A stretch of DNA of 64,000 bases. Origin: Obrimoposthia wandeli (lineage: Eukaryota). The position numbers and the translations under genes were made by a program. The notes under the pieces are model-generated. The model worked only from the letters and a program-made list of their open reading frames with translations, searched no databases and was not told the DNA's origin. The stretch is taken from contig CDROCS010001561.1 of the NCBI GenBank assembly GCA_977020255.1, forward strand, positions 62,001 through 126,000. The letters run 5' to 3'. Positions within the stretch are counted from its first letter, which is position 1. Each line of letters opens with the position of its first letter. Shown piece by piece: positions 57,101-61,668 of this stretch.

Positions 57101-57481
57101 TTTCAAACGGATAGAAACATGAAATCGGTGCATCAAAATCTGAATGAGACCCATCGAATTTAAAAGACTCCCTAAAGATGTCCAAATATGTCAATTTTTA
57201 AAAAATAAGTTCAAAGAAAACCCTTTAAATCTGAAAATAAATAAATCTCCTCTGTTTATAATCTTTAATTTTATCAGGGCTCTAAGACTAAATTTCCAAT
57301 GTTGGATGTTTTAGGGTATTTCCCACCTCTGGAATTCGTTCTCTAAAATATTTGTTGTTCATTGTAGGCGCAGTTCGGAGAGTGCATGTACAGTCTGGCC
57401 GCATTGTGCGACGGTAAAGTCCTTGGTAACCTCAACAGTTCCTCCTCCAATCAGCAACAAGATCAGTCCGATGTAGAATGA
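709..57481 (+). CDS. PTPN13: PTPN13-like multi-exon gene (5' part outside window): KIND(C-term)-linker-FERM-PDZ-degenerate PTP
   Basis: GC-richer segments bounded by AG/GT sites splice into one frame from 28346 to the stop at 57481 (one ambiguous junction at 39.3-40.3 kb). Domain order KIND-FERM-PDZ-PTP is characteristic of PTPN13; FRMPD2 lacks the PTP domain. Linker exons between 0.8 and 22.4 kb are less certain. Confidence 0.82.
920..1385. mobile_element. Possible MITE-like element with imperfect inverted repeats
   Basis: ctccgacaaaatcgtctagcacgctatttccca (~935-968) is an imperfect inverted match to tggaaaatagcgcgtgggaaaattttcacggag (~1341-1373); an inner inverted copy ttgtcggagagaaa lies near 1212. 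Confidence 0.35.
1610..1890 (-). mobile_element. DNA-transposon-derived fragment, paralog of 34430-34710
   Basis: Clear nucleotide similarity to 34430-34710 (shared tgaccctgacttattaata and cttcggtatctatct...atatagaaatt). Confidence 0.65.
2827..2883 (+). CDS. Candidate linker exon after KIND (VQEKVNGRIRFLTTELSRL)
   Basis: gtgttag acceptor, open in phase 0, slightly GC-richer. Only a weak donor (gttatc), so the 3' boundary is uncertain. Confidence 0.3.
3150..3290 (+). repeat. Dispersed ~130-bp repeat, second copy at ~20025-20155
   Basis: Shared tatcgta(g/t)acataattcaagactta(a/g)attccacaacacaat and ccggtttctg(t/a)ttac(a/g)taactt. Confidence 0.75.
3483..3567 (+). CDS. Candidate linker exon (SKPESMIHRRQPKTTTASGKITIK...)
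   Basis: cttacccaatag acceptor; only the phase-0 frame is open. Donor ambiguous (gttgaa or gtcaga). Confidence 0.4.
5068..5169 (+). CDS. Linker exon (IWMFPKDSLINSESNRQSFISDSSQYLSTTNIH)
   Basis: ccctcttgcag acceptor, GA|gtatgt donor, one open frame (phase 2-2), Ser-rich. Confidence 0.55.
5300..5800 (+). mobile_element. 3' end of a CR1/L2-clade-like LINE
   Basis: Translates to PNLYNKLPMDVRNCNSVEKFKKH, the typical post-RT C-terminal motif x-L-x-N-x-L-P-x-x-I/V-R...F-K. Confidence 0.6.
9163..9305 (+). CDS. Linker exon (SKTNSVEGSDVELTATRGNRQHSLLLEDCRSNHTDSAHQRLSYFDSS)
   Basis: Strong polypyrimidine acceptor cttctctttcag, donor AC|gtgaga, open frame in phase 0. Confidence 0.65.
9492..9729 (-). 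pseudogene. Degenerate 28S (LSU) rRNA fragment, antisense to host gene
   Basis: Contains reverse complements of conserved LSU segments: catcccacatcgccagttctgcttaccaaaaatggcccact and ctgctatcctaagagaaacttcggaggtaaccagctactagatggttc. Has an internal deletion and substitutions relative to canonical 28S. Confidence 0.9.
10248..10282 (+). repeat. Second short 28S-derived copy, inverted relative to 9492-9526
   Basis: aattttggtaagcagaacgggtgatgtggaatgag is the reverse complement of 9492-9526 with 5 mismatches in 35 nt. Confidence 0.8.
10320..10760 (-). mobile_element. Heavily degenerate Tc1-like transposase C-terminal relic
   Basis: Weak, frameshifted similarity to FQQD...WP-x-x-SPDL...AVI-x-A-x-G-x-x-T-x-Y. 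Confidence 0.35.
11400..12620 (+). mobile_element. pogo/Tigger transposon relic (DDE_1 domain, C-terminus, right terminal region)
   Basis: Translates to NAFGDFNLKHMLVHRAENPRAL, KILLLLDNARSH and NVKVIFLPP; Tigger-type C-terminal ORFs 11965-12461; subterminal gaacggattaaccg near 12585. Confidence 0.85.
13280..13810 (+). mobile_element. Internally deleted Tc1/mariner-family element
   Basis: TA-CAGGATGTCTC terminal motif; C-terminal DLNPPDVF-x-WGYFKHIFYGQKPETLTEL...NRCQ. Confidence 0.7.
14381..14473 (+). CDS. Linker exon, frame ambiguous (IPRVNRVSWFQQISPEPFSPPTPVKEVHWQ or NPKSQQSQLVSTDIPRAFFSPNPSERSTLAT)
   Basis: aatcctttag acceptor, CG|gtagga donor, GC-rich island in AT-rich intron; two frames are open. 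Confidence 0.5.
15175..15760 (+). mobile_element. Tigger transposon 5' relic (CENP-B-type HTH)
   Basis: TA-CAGGAATACC terminus; ORF 15546 MERVVSIWIENCKQTKIPL...FIASSGWFDR. Confidence 0.8.
16620..17450 (-). mobile_element. Tc1/Tc3-like transposase relic
   Basis: ORF 16843..17085 RNFGDGHIMICGAFS...DSLDYQNVL corresponds to FGGGSVMVWGAF...NS-x-x-Y-x-x-V-L. Confidence 0.75.
17673..17777. repeat. 105-bp near-perfect palindrome (mini-MITE-like)
   Basis: 44-bp arms with 2 mismatches: atatgttagaccaaatttgcgaaaacaacaattttgcaaaattg versus its inverted copy ending ...tctaacatat. Confidence 0.85.
19581..19616 (+). CDS. Possible small linker exon (LVPTLMQCDSPE)
   Basis: aactgaccag acceptor and a short GC-richer open stretch; weak donor. 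Confidence 0.25.
21022..21218 (+). CDS. PTPN13: Pre-FERM linker exon (...ESLECSESAMSTTSDSTNNSVAMTALNRAPRSNYLLVNSIDLSASIVATQNRAKARKKLSGVIGP)
   Basis: GC-rich open frame (ORF 21011) ending CCG G|gtaaat. Basic patch followed by GP resembles the pre-FERM RKK..GPEF segment of PTPN13. Acceptor uncertain (21009, 21022 or 21026). Confidence 0.7.
21964..22030 (+). CDS. Pre-FERM exon, two frames open (VRTKISGTSNIQDFGGVQLGDS or CVQRFLELRIFKISVEFNLEIP)
   Basis: ttaatttcag acceptor, CCAG|gtcggt donor. Confidence 0.55.
22357..22432 (+). CDS. Pre-FERM exon, two frames open (IGRLNQVMFESNNQISTTAHIAADR or SVDSIKSCSNLIIKYQQLLISLRT)
   Basis: ctcatttcag acceptor, consensus donor gtgagt. Confidence 0.55.
23100..23900 (-). 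mobile_element. Degenerate piggyBac transposase relic
   Basis: Frameshifted matches to the DN-x-F-T-S...GT-x-R-K-N-R region and the C-terminal KW-Y-x-x-L-x-F segment (NWYYHLIF). Confidence 0.5.
24720..25040 (+). mobile_element. Tigger HTH fragment
   Basis: EEFIFSKGWLQKFQER followed by RGE matches the S-x-GWL-x-x-F...GE motif. Confidence 0.65.
28346..28541 (+). CDS. PTPN13: FERM F1 exon (IRRTRLSRAESSRVLSLNVSVQLLSGLTLNIRGLLKHSTVSTVIETVGQAHPDLEFVNYGLCVMI)
   Basis: V-x-V-Q-L-L-S-G start of FERM F1 and YGL motif; ATT G|gtgagt donor; possible acceptors at 28346 and 28369. Confidence 0.8.
29330..29620 (-). mobile_element. IS630/Tc1-like transposase N-terminal HTH relic
   Basis: ORF 29366..29548 NGEDYFLLVQKLGINRHSVRYLIFRY...GPKGGSKPK. 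Confidence 0.65.
30301..30451 (+). CDS. PTPN13: FERM F1 exon (DDEYFFLRVENIVADIAQYLNRKKPKADGEKCLHLFYRLQFYPTPESLHA)
   Basis: ttgcttcag acceptor, gtgagt donor. DEYFF and LFYRLQFY match DNEYFF...LFFRIKFF of the PTPN13 FERM domain. Confidence 0.9.
31945..32103 (+). CDS. PTPN13: FERM F2 exon (DAISQRQLYLQLRQDIVHRNCPPLTFSDSITLAGLAMRAEYGDPGDEAQDDK)
   Basis: Y-L-Q-L-R-x-D-I and L-A-x-L-A-x-x-A-E-Y-G-D FERM motifs; gtcag acceptor, gtgagc donor; phases match neighbours. Confidence 0.93.
32230..33000 (-). mobile_element. Degenerate Tc1-like transposase relic
   Basis: K-x-P...MIWWGCVNISGFRTL corresponds to the MVWGC-x-x-x-x-G-x-G-x-L motif. Confidence 0.55.
33465..33606 (+). CDS. PTPN13: FERM F2 exon (QMTVENYFHSSFHRYLDAYENETEFLLQHQNCWKSFSWQECQRRFIE)
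   Basis: catcag acceptor, GAG|gttagt donor, phase 2-0; corresponds to E-H-Y-L-P...E-x-E-x-x-F-L-K. Confidence 0.85.
34306..34710 (-). mobile_element. Relic of a widespread metazoan transposase-like family (motif EP-x-L-x-SQ-x-E-L-N-D-L-x-x-D-L-x-L-S-K-x-x-x-E-x-L-x-S-R-L)
   Basis: ORF 34306..34527 reads KEPVLISQGQIHYLITYLNVSKRQDEILGSRLQ; I cannot name the superfamily with confidence. Confidence 0.6.
34821..34871 (+). CDS. PTPN13: FERM F2/F3 junction exon (RVQEQRFYGMHWYRVNK)
   Basis: YG-x-H-x-x-x-V FERM motif; atttttcag acceptor, AAG|gtaata donor; 51 nt, phase 0-0. Confidence 0.88.
36141..36174. repeat. (TA)n microsatellite
   Basis: About 17 TA units. Confidence 0.95.
36340..36617 (+). CDS. 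PTPN13: FERM F3 (PH-like) exon (NQLEVMGALGKETCLLIGCDGIQLVDK...FCYKWRQIEVISLKQKKLIVIKPR...CHIDSHT)
   Basis: L-x-I-x-x-x-G-I and F-x-W-x-x-I-x-x-I-S-x-x-x-K-K motifs; cccag acceptor, gtaagt donor. Confidence 0.9.
36690..37228 (+). mobile_element. Tc1-like element, 3' half with right TIR
   Basis: IFMHD...SN-x-LEDN-x-V...N-P-x-E-N-I DDE remnant; ends ...ttcaatttgccaatactg|TA, the reverse complement of the left TIR CAGTATTGTCCAAATT seen at 38811. Confidence 0.75.
37231..38075 (+). mobile_element. Tc3-like element, 5' half (HTH to GGGVMV region)
   Basis: PGQYNTKNRVG (compare P-x-x-Y-G-T-K-K-R-x-G-R); REFGGGVMVYGFITFNG; IDGT-x-N. Confidence 0.65.
38590..38756 (+). CDS. PTPN13: FERM C-terminal helix and linker exon (AKYIIRLCRKHHLLASQFEDSTIVNGADNPSQYQQQKYESNKMISRRGLPSHLRS)
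   Basis: K-A-K-Y-I-I-R-L-C-x-x-H-H matches the FERM terminal helix; cgcag acceptor, G|gtgagt donor. Confidence 0.85.
38811..39235 (+). mobile_element. Internally deleted Tc1-like element with left TIR
   Basis: TA|CAGTATTGTCCAAATTAATTGAAAC, then YVDGIM and IFMHD...SNYLEDNGVRMLD*P. Confidence 0.75.
39780..40060 (-). mobile_element. Tc1/IS630-family transposase C-terminal relic
   Basis: PVPQIRPIEDFFRMLKQDIYSTG matches P-x-x-P-Q-x-R-P-I-E-x-F-W-x-x-L-K-x-x-V-Y. Confidence 0.7.
40265..40370 (+). CDS. FERM-PDZ linker exon (probably MTILETIPVTSQRKRTMEVEVPVKPKRAQSEDLDV)
   Basis: cttttcgtcag acceptor (an upstream acceptor at 40146 is also possible), gtgagt donor; frame chosen to fit the 41355 exon. 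Confidence 0.65.
40830..41140 (-). mobile_element. piggyBac (PGBD2/3-like) transposase fragment
   Basis: Frameshifted similarity to the YN-x-x-MGG and W-W-x-x-I-F...N-A-x-x-L region (FYNTTGG...IFWLSILL...SANVYML). Confidence 0.45.
41355..41413 (+). CDS. Linker exon (EIFDSDNQLKLKPSLKDFGR)
   Basis: ttgttttag acceptor, AGA|gtaagt donor, phase 1-0, joins the PDZ exon in frame. Confidence 0.7.
41660..42140 (+). mobile_element. LINE reverse-transcriptase relic
   Basis: Degenerate I-x-P-L-F-K, ISFLS-K-F, W-F-K-S-x-L...I-D-G-T-V-S-D-P and VLQDS (compare VPQGS). Confidence 0.65.
42600..42900. repeat. GC-richer repeat with inverted ends and internal caccataagggt units; related to 58700-59430
   Basis: ctagatcacttaacccc...gggttaagtgatttag inverted pair; shares gatggagtc(t/c)aga(t/c)cactt and aagggtctggctcag with the 58.7-kb copy. 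Confidence 0.7.
42994..43295 (+). CDS. PTPN13: PDZ domain exon (MFEVELHQLGNEGSLGIGIVALSEPVTGIFVKCLRKHSQADRLGTVRVHDEIVAVNGESV...VRLQLRR)
   Basis: GSLGI carboxylate-binding loop, GIFV, A-D-x-x-G-x-x-x-x-x-D-E-I-x-x-V-N-G; cgacag acceptor, GA|gtaggt donor. Confidence 0.93.
43551..44081 (+). mobile_element. Non-autonomous pogo-like element retaining transposase C-terminus
   Basis: Inverted ends cggatattg / caatatccg; subterminal aatagtatgac repeats at both ends; ORF 43604 TKGGNPKPPSISRVNSWIKDSWNDLS...IKSAGF. Confidence 0.75.
44450..44900 (+). mobile_element. Third copy of the Tc1-like 3' half seen at 36690 and 38900
   Basis: Shared gtaccatgagaaaagagc, ctaccatacatccgagatcatatctaacta and tttcaagcgggc...agttgaattaa. 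Confidence 0.75.
45011..45095 (+). CDS. PDZ-PTP linker exon (NYSTDNQKSPLKVNEERCFSSTPKKELK)
   Basis: ctaattcag acceptor, AAG|gtaagc donor; phase 2-0 bridges the PDZ exon and the 49862 exon exactly. Confidence 0.75.
45990..46065. repeat. Tandem ~21-bp repeat, about 3 copies
   Basis: actaattgac(t/c)gtaataaactctc units. Confidence 0.8.
46740..46975 (-). mobile_element. LINE 3' end fragment (CR1/L2-clade-like)
   Basis: ORF reads KLYNSLPLAVRKCNNIKEL...L-x-x-L-F-L. Confidence 0.6.
47123..48640 (-). mobile_element. pogo/Tigger transposon relic with terminal repeat
   Basis: ORF 48166..48558 (CENP-B HTH, FAYSNGWLYRFKCRHNV...GE); C-terminal ORF 47352..47582; terminal motif cagtcaactcccgataatccgaac at 47123. 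Confidence 0.85.
49862..50060 (+). CDS. PTPN13: Start of PTP-like domain (TLKNILESKRPLEHL...LSSARISNNMK...LGRYGQVIP)
   Basis: ttcatctgcag acceptor; RYGQVIP aligns with the pTyr-loop motif NRYxxILP; CCA G|gttggc donor. Confidence 0.75.
50484..50736 (+). CDS. PTPN13: PTP-like domain exon (SKLPPMVRLDLAAVSTVLLNHKLPLNFLVYASPGLKRASSDEYWRHILIQRCPLVVQL...)
   Basis: Degenerate equivalents of RVxL, YINAS, YIAxQGP and DFWxMIWEQ; cttgccag acceptor, gtaagt donor. Confidence 0.82.
51600..52030. repeat. Motif-rich repeat (accttcaaa / ttgaaggtc units), possibly a Maverick terminal region
   Basis: Repeated aaaaccttcaaaa and gcacttggt; lies beyond the 3' end of the PolB relic; shares motifs with 58700-59430. 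Confidence 0.4.
52230..52430. repeat. Degenerate AT-rich tandem array (about 11-14-bp units like aaaatctttttgt)
   Basis: Direct inspection. Confidence 0.8.
52540..53110 (-). mobile_element. Maverick/Polinton protein-primed DNA polymerase B, C-terminal relic
   Basis: ORFs 52878..53102 and 52625..52876: LAGDTDSFFL (YxDTDS motif), IGKFKDESEG, K-x-Y-S and K-G, all typical of the Polinton pPolB C-terminus. Confidence 0.85.
53737..53899 (+). CDS. PTPN13: PTP-like domain exon (ILMEKSVDLNKCLNLQCVRISESPTSETSHRVLLLRCTTSFSSLNKDSLAVLLN)
   Basis: catttcag acceptor, AAT|gtgagt donor, phase 2-0; covers the region where the WPD loop should lie, and no WPD is present. Confidence 0.8.
54863..55045 (+). CDS. 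PTPN13: PTP-like exon with degenerate P-loop (VLNIASAISRNVSNGHTICLSPSIIDARVGMAMVLFGTVHLFNRDD...)
   Basis: ttcacag acceptor, CAT|gtgagt donor, 183 nt; SPSIIDARVG aligns with HCSAGIGRSG. Confidence 0.8.
55247..55309 (+). CDS. PTPN13: PTP-like exon with Q-loop region (TIVYHLFHKVISQRRDWLPSE)
   Basis: Strong acceptor ccttctccttcag, GAG|gtgagg donor, 63 nt; VISQRRDWLPSE|AQF aligns with MRxQRxGMVQTxxQY. Confidence 0.82.
56105..56520 (+). mobile_element. Internally deleted Tc1/mariner (maT-like) element
   Basis: TA-CAGGGTGTCCC terminus; ORF 56262 KRAQIVALKNAGISNSDLVKQLGVCRKTVFNV is an HTH. Confidence 0.75.
56520..57006 (-). mobile_element. Internally deleted piggyBac element
   Basis: On the minus strand: TTAA then ctgcccaagcggtcattttgacc terminal motif; acidic N-terminus (EDNSGEEETENEFEDE); C-terminal NACILYK...FLFDL. 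Confidence 0.6.
57368..57481 (+). CDS. PTPN13: Terminal coding exon (AQFGECMYSLAALCDGKVLGNLNSSSSNQQQDQSDVE*)
   Basis: cattgtag acceptor; QF-x-x-C-x-x-x-L terminal PTP helix; TGA at 57479-57481. Confidence 0.82.
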   Translation, partial: AQFGECMYSLAALCDGKVLGNLNSSSSNQQQDQSDVE

Positions 57482-57656
57482 GTTCTAGGTCGACCTTGGC
57501 TTGCAATACTCCCCTTGACCAAATCTTGCCTCGTCAATCTTCCATATCCTGGTGCTGTTCACCTCAGTCATTCACACATACACACACTATCTACCTGACA
57601 AATCGATTACTATTATTATTATTATTATTGTTATTATTGATTTTACACAGTTTTGT

Positions 57657-57662
57657 AATAAA
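57657..57662 (+). promoter_or_regulatory. Candidate polyadenylation signal AATAAA
   Basis: First AATAAA ~175 nt after the stop, followed by T-rich sequence. Confidence 0.55.
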
Positions 57663-57789
57663 CGTTTTCATCAGGCTTTGCTTTTTTGATTGACTTAGAA
57701 TGTACAGCTTCGACATTTTGTGCCAAATTGAATAAGTATTTAAATATAACCACTCTAAATATTGCAATGCTCATGTGGATATCATGTAT

Positions 57790-58392
57790 TTCTTTTATAT
57801 AATCACAAATTTCCAATTTCAAGTGGGCCTTAGTTGAATAAATAAAATAGTTGAAATGAATGCATTAAGAGTCGAATTTTTTGCTTTGTCTCTATTCAAT
57901 TTGCAATACTGTATACATTAGAAATATATTAGGCGAATTAAACATTTTACTGATTTGGTTTTGAGTGAAATTCTTTTTAATTCTTAATGATGTATAAAAG
58001 GAAGATATATCATAAATAAGTTAATTATTTAAGTAAAAATATGCATTTATATCAAATAAATGCATATGCTGTTTATTTATAAAAATTTAATTTTATATAT
58101 TGATCCGTGGAATTATATTTTAAAACTCACGAATTAAACATTTTACATCATTAAATAAATATTAATTCTAAGTTTCTGAGTTTATATATTTTAGATGGAA
58201 TCTTTCAAAATAAAATTAGTTTTTGATTCATATAATACGGTAATTTCTAAAAAAAATCCAACTTTTGACCAACAATTTAAAAACCTAACGGAATAATAAA
58301 AATCGTGTTGATCAAATTAAAATAAAATAACAGGAAAATCCAAAAATACAAGCAAAAAGTAACAGCGTAAAAAGAGGAATATTTCAGAAAAT
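57790..58392 (+). repeat. ~600-bp direct repeat of 37105-37748 (Tc1 right TIR joined to Tc3-like 5' end)
   Basis: Long collinear similarity, for example aatcacaaatttccaatttcaagtgggccttagttgaat and caatactgtatacattagaaatatattaggcgaattaaacattttac. Confidence 0.9.
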
Positions 58393-58699
58393 ATATCAAA
58401 AAACAATTTATGTCACTTTTGCATTCCTAGAGGACGAAGATATTGGTGAATTTCATTAATAATATCATTACCGTTCTTCGGAGGAATGAAAATTATATCT
58501 GTAAATTTTTTTTCAAAATAAAGGGTTTAATCGCAGAGTTTAAGTTTTTCTTTTATCTGATAAATCCAACTTCTTTTGCATTCTTTTGATAAATCCTTAC
58601 TTTCTAGTTGGAGGAAACTTTCAAATATTTCACGTGAATATCTTCTTGTAGTATGTTTTTATCTTACTTAAGAAGTTTTCTAAAGTAGGTACTTTGATG

Positions 58700-59430
58700 G
58701 AGTCCAGACCACTTTAAGGGGGTACACTCCTTTTTGTCATAACCGGAAATGAATGTGTGTAATCCGGAAGTGATTGCGTAATCACCAAAAGGTGATTGTC
58801 CTCACCATAAGAGTCGGGCTGAGAATGTTATAAAGGTTTGAAGGTATGGTCGTGACCCTTTATGGTCGCCAAATTACCCAAGGTGTTGTGATCGTCCATA
58901 GCTGAAAGGGTCTGGCTCAGCTATGACCTGAAAGTTTGAAGGTATGGTTAAAGTCAATTATGGTTGACCAATACATCCAAAGGGTTTCTGACTTGTTTCT
59001 TGTCTCAGTTATGACTTGGAGGTTTGAAGTTATGGTTGAAGTCATATATGATTGGCCAATAAATTTAAAGGGTCATGGTAGGTCATAGATAAAAGGTTCG
59101 GGCTTAAAACAAAATCAAGTTTTAAATGGCAATGTTTGAGTTCATGGTTGAGATCATCTTTAGGATACGAATTCAAGCATAAGGATATGGTCAACAAAAG
59201 ATGAAAAAGTTTTAAAAAAGTTGGAATTTTAAAGTTTTAAGCACAATGATCTGTTTTTCATAATATTGTACGTTTTACCATGAATAATTTCTATGGTCGT
59301 CCTCAAAGTAAGAGTCAGAATCAGAACAAACATGATTATTTTATTTCATGGTTGGATTTGTCTATAAACATCAAGTACAATCATACTCTTATGGTCCTGC
59401 ATAAGTTAAGGGGTCCTTGTGAGAAAATAA
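58700..59430. repeat. Motif-rich repeat (tttgaaggtatgg, aaagggtc, caccataag), candidate Maverick terminal/subterminal region
   Basis: Multiple short internal repeats, homology to 42600-42900, and position next to PolB-derived sequence. Confidence 0.5.
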
Positions 59431-60329
59431 ATCTTGTCATTTCAAAAAATAATAATAATTTTAAATTTATGCAAAGTTTTCATTGTCTCTATTGATTTAA
59501 TTAAAATAATTTTAATTTTACAACAAATATTTTTTAAATAAAATATGAAAGTGTCATTATCTAAAATATTAAAAAATTAAGCAAATGTTTAATAAAAAAA
59601 CTCAATAGTCTTTTCTATTTGTAGTAAATATTTATATTTACGCAAAGTTTTCATTGTTTCTATTGATTTAATTAAACAAATTTGATTTTAAACATAAGTG
59701 TCAGACAAAAGTTAATTATAAAATAAAAGAAAAATATGCAATTTTTTGAAATAAAATTTAAAAAACTTTGCATAATTAACAATTTTGATAAATAATCTAC
59801 TTACTGCAAGTATTTTCATAAGACACATTGAGATATATCTGAAAGATTAACTTTAACATAACAGGTTCTTAAAATAAAATATTAAAGTAACATATATATA
59901 TTATATATAAATTGAGCAGGGATGGATCGGGTTGATGGCCTATATGGATGTCATGAGGATGGATTGTGCTTATGCAAGTCGGTGTCAGAGTTATGCATGG
60001 AGCCTACTCTAAAGGTGATAACGGTTCGGGAACGAGAAATTAATTACTGGGTTACAAGACAGTAGCCTGCACCATTAACCGTCGTGTGTGCAGGTATCCA
60101 TAGTTAAAACAGATCTGAACCATGCGATGACTCTGACGAATCGAAGTGATGGAACCAATTGTCATAGTGACTGCCGAGCTAGAACAAAAGAAATCACAAA
60201 TAGAAGAGTATCACTACAAGTGGTAGTGCTATTCAACTTGTCAAGTGTGCTCTCCTCAATCATACTCGTGGGAACAGCGGCGAGGAAGTAAACTCGAATA
60301 CAAGGGTGTACTGTACCAGTTGTAAATCA

Positions 60330-60880
60330 CCAACCCCGTATATCTGGATATCTAAGTGTTGAAGTGTCCGGGATAAGGGTGCTGCGTCCGTAGCTGTCAT
60401 GGGTCTCAGGTCCTAATTAATTCCTGGTCAGCTTGTGGCGGTAGGGCGATGGCGCTCCGAAGGCTTTCATCGTAGAGCTCAGACTATAGGTGACATAAAT
60501 CATATGGCATGAGTGCGGTTTGGAATCTTGACTGACGGCTGCGTGATATCTGTGAGAGCCCGATGGGTTCGCTGGATAGCCGGCTTGCCAGTATTAGACC
60601 TACATTTCTTGTAGGGGGCTGTATTGATGGAGTTGATTCGTGACTGTTCTTGCTGGATGGTCAGGGATGGGTACCTGAAGAATAAAGATTGGACCACGGT
60701 CCGTGAACTGGCTACTAATAATAGCTTTGGTCTTGTGGTATGACCCTCATAAAGGCCGGAAGGAGATGACACCTTGGCAAAAAACATACCCCAACAAGGA
60801 GTTTGCAACCTTGTAAAAATCTCAGCTGGACCCACGTAAAGTGGAAGAGGTTTCGGCCTATTGTCTCCGATAATTTTCAC
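60330..60880 (-). mobile_element. Degenerate retroviral-type (rve) integrase, probably Ty3/Gypsy
   Basis: ORF 60500..60931 contains FRYPSLTIQQEQ and INSINTAPYK..SN.G..IQRTHRAL (compare FG-x-P-x-x-I-x-SDQG and T-x-PYHPQSNG-x-x-ER-x-HRTL). Clearly higher GC than the flanking Maverick DNA. Confidence 0.6.
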
Positions 60881-60911
60881 ATCTGTAAGATGTTTGATCT
60901 TTATCTTTATG

Positions 60912-61668
60912 TCATATGAAAACTTTGTCAATGAATTTATAAAAGTTTATAGAAAGTTTATTTTGCTTTTCGAATGTAGGCAAACCAATAAGTTTCATTT
61001 GACTAGGATCGTACCAAAATATTTTCAAATATAGAATAAAATGTGAAACACGATAACAATGCTCAAATATTTCATTCAGTTTTTGAACTTTGAGAATCGC
61101 ATACAAAAGACATAATGAATCATAGTTTTGTACGTTTACAACTGATTTTATTCGAGATAATGCAAGAGAAATAGATATATAACTACTACCACTCAGATAC
61201 ATTACATCAAAATATTTTGTTAAAGTAAAATGTATTTGTAATATGCGCAACACTCGCCATCCACTACTCAATTCACTGTAGTTGGCAATTTTCTGGTCTA
61301 ACGTTTGAGATATGTCTGCCAAACTATCATCATTATACTCAATAGCTTTATCAAAAGATACCATTGTTTCATTTCGCCATCATCTTTTGTAAATAAGAAA
61401 AGCGCTCCATATTGTAATTTAAATCATTCCTTACTCCAAAACCAACCTGACGTATGTATTTAGAAGGCATATTAGTGCTGGATATATTTGTATGCTTAAG
61501 TGATGGCTTACCAATCGGAGCATATAAACACATTTTTCTTTTAAAATAACATAAATGATTCTTATGTAGCTCATAAAATTTTTCATAATTATCAATTGTA
61601 CATGTATTACAATTAGGACATACATAATAAATATTACCATTATGTCTAAGTCTATAATATGGCTCCAT
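60912..61668 (-). mobile_element. Maverick/Polinton (adintovirus-type) PolB N-terminal region, frameshifted
   Basis: SGWRVLRILQIHF..KY...LSGSSYI...KSVVNVQNYDSLCLLYAI matches SGW...GSSYI-x-L-P...AIINV-x-N-x-D-x-x-C-F-x-W/Y-x-I; upstream CxxC and QVGFG segment. Confidence 0.8.
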
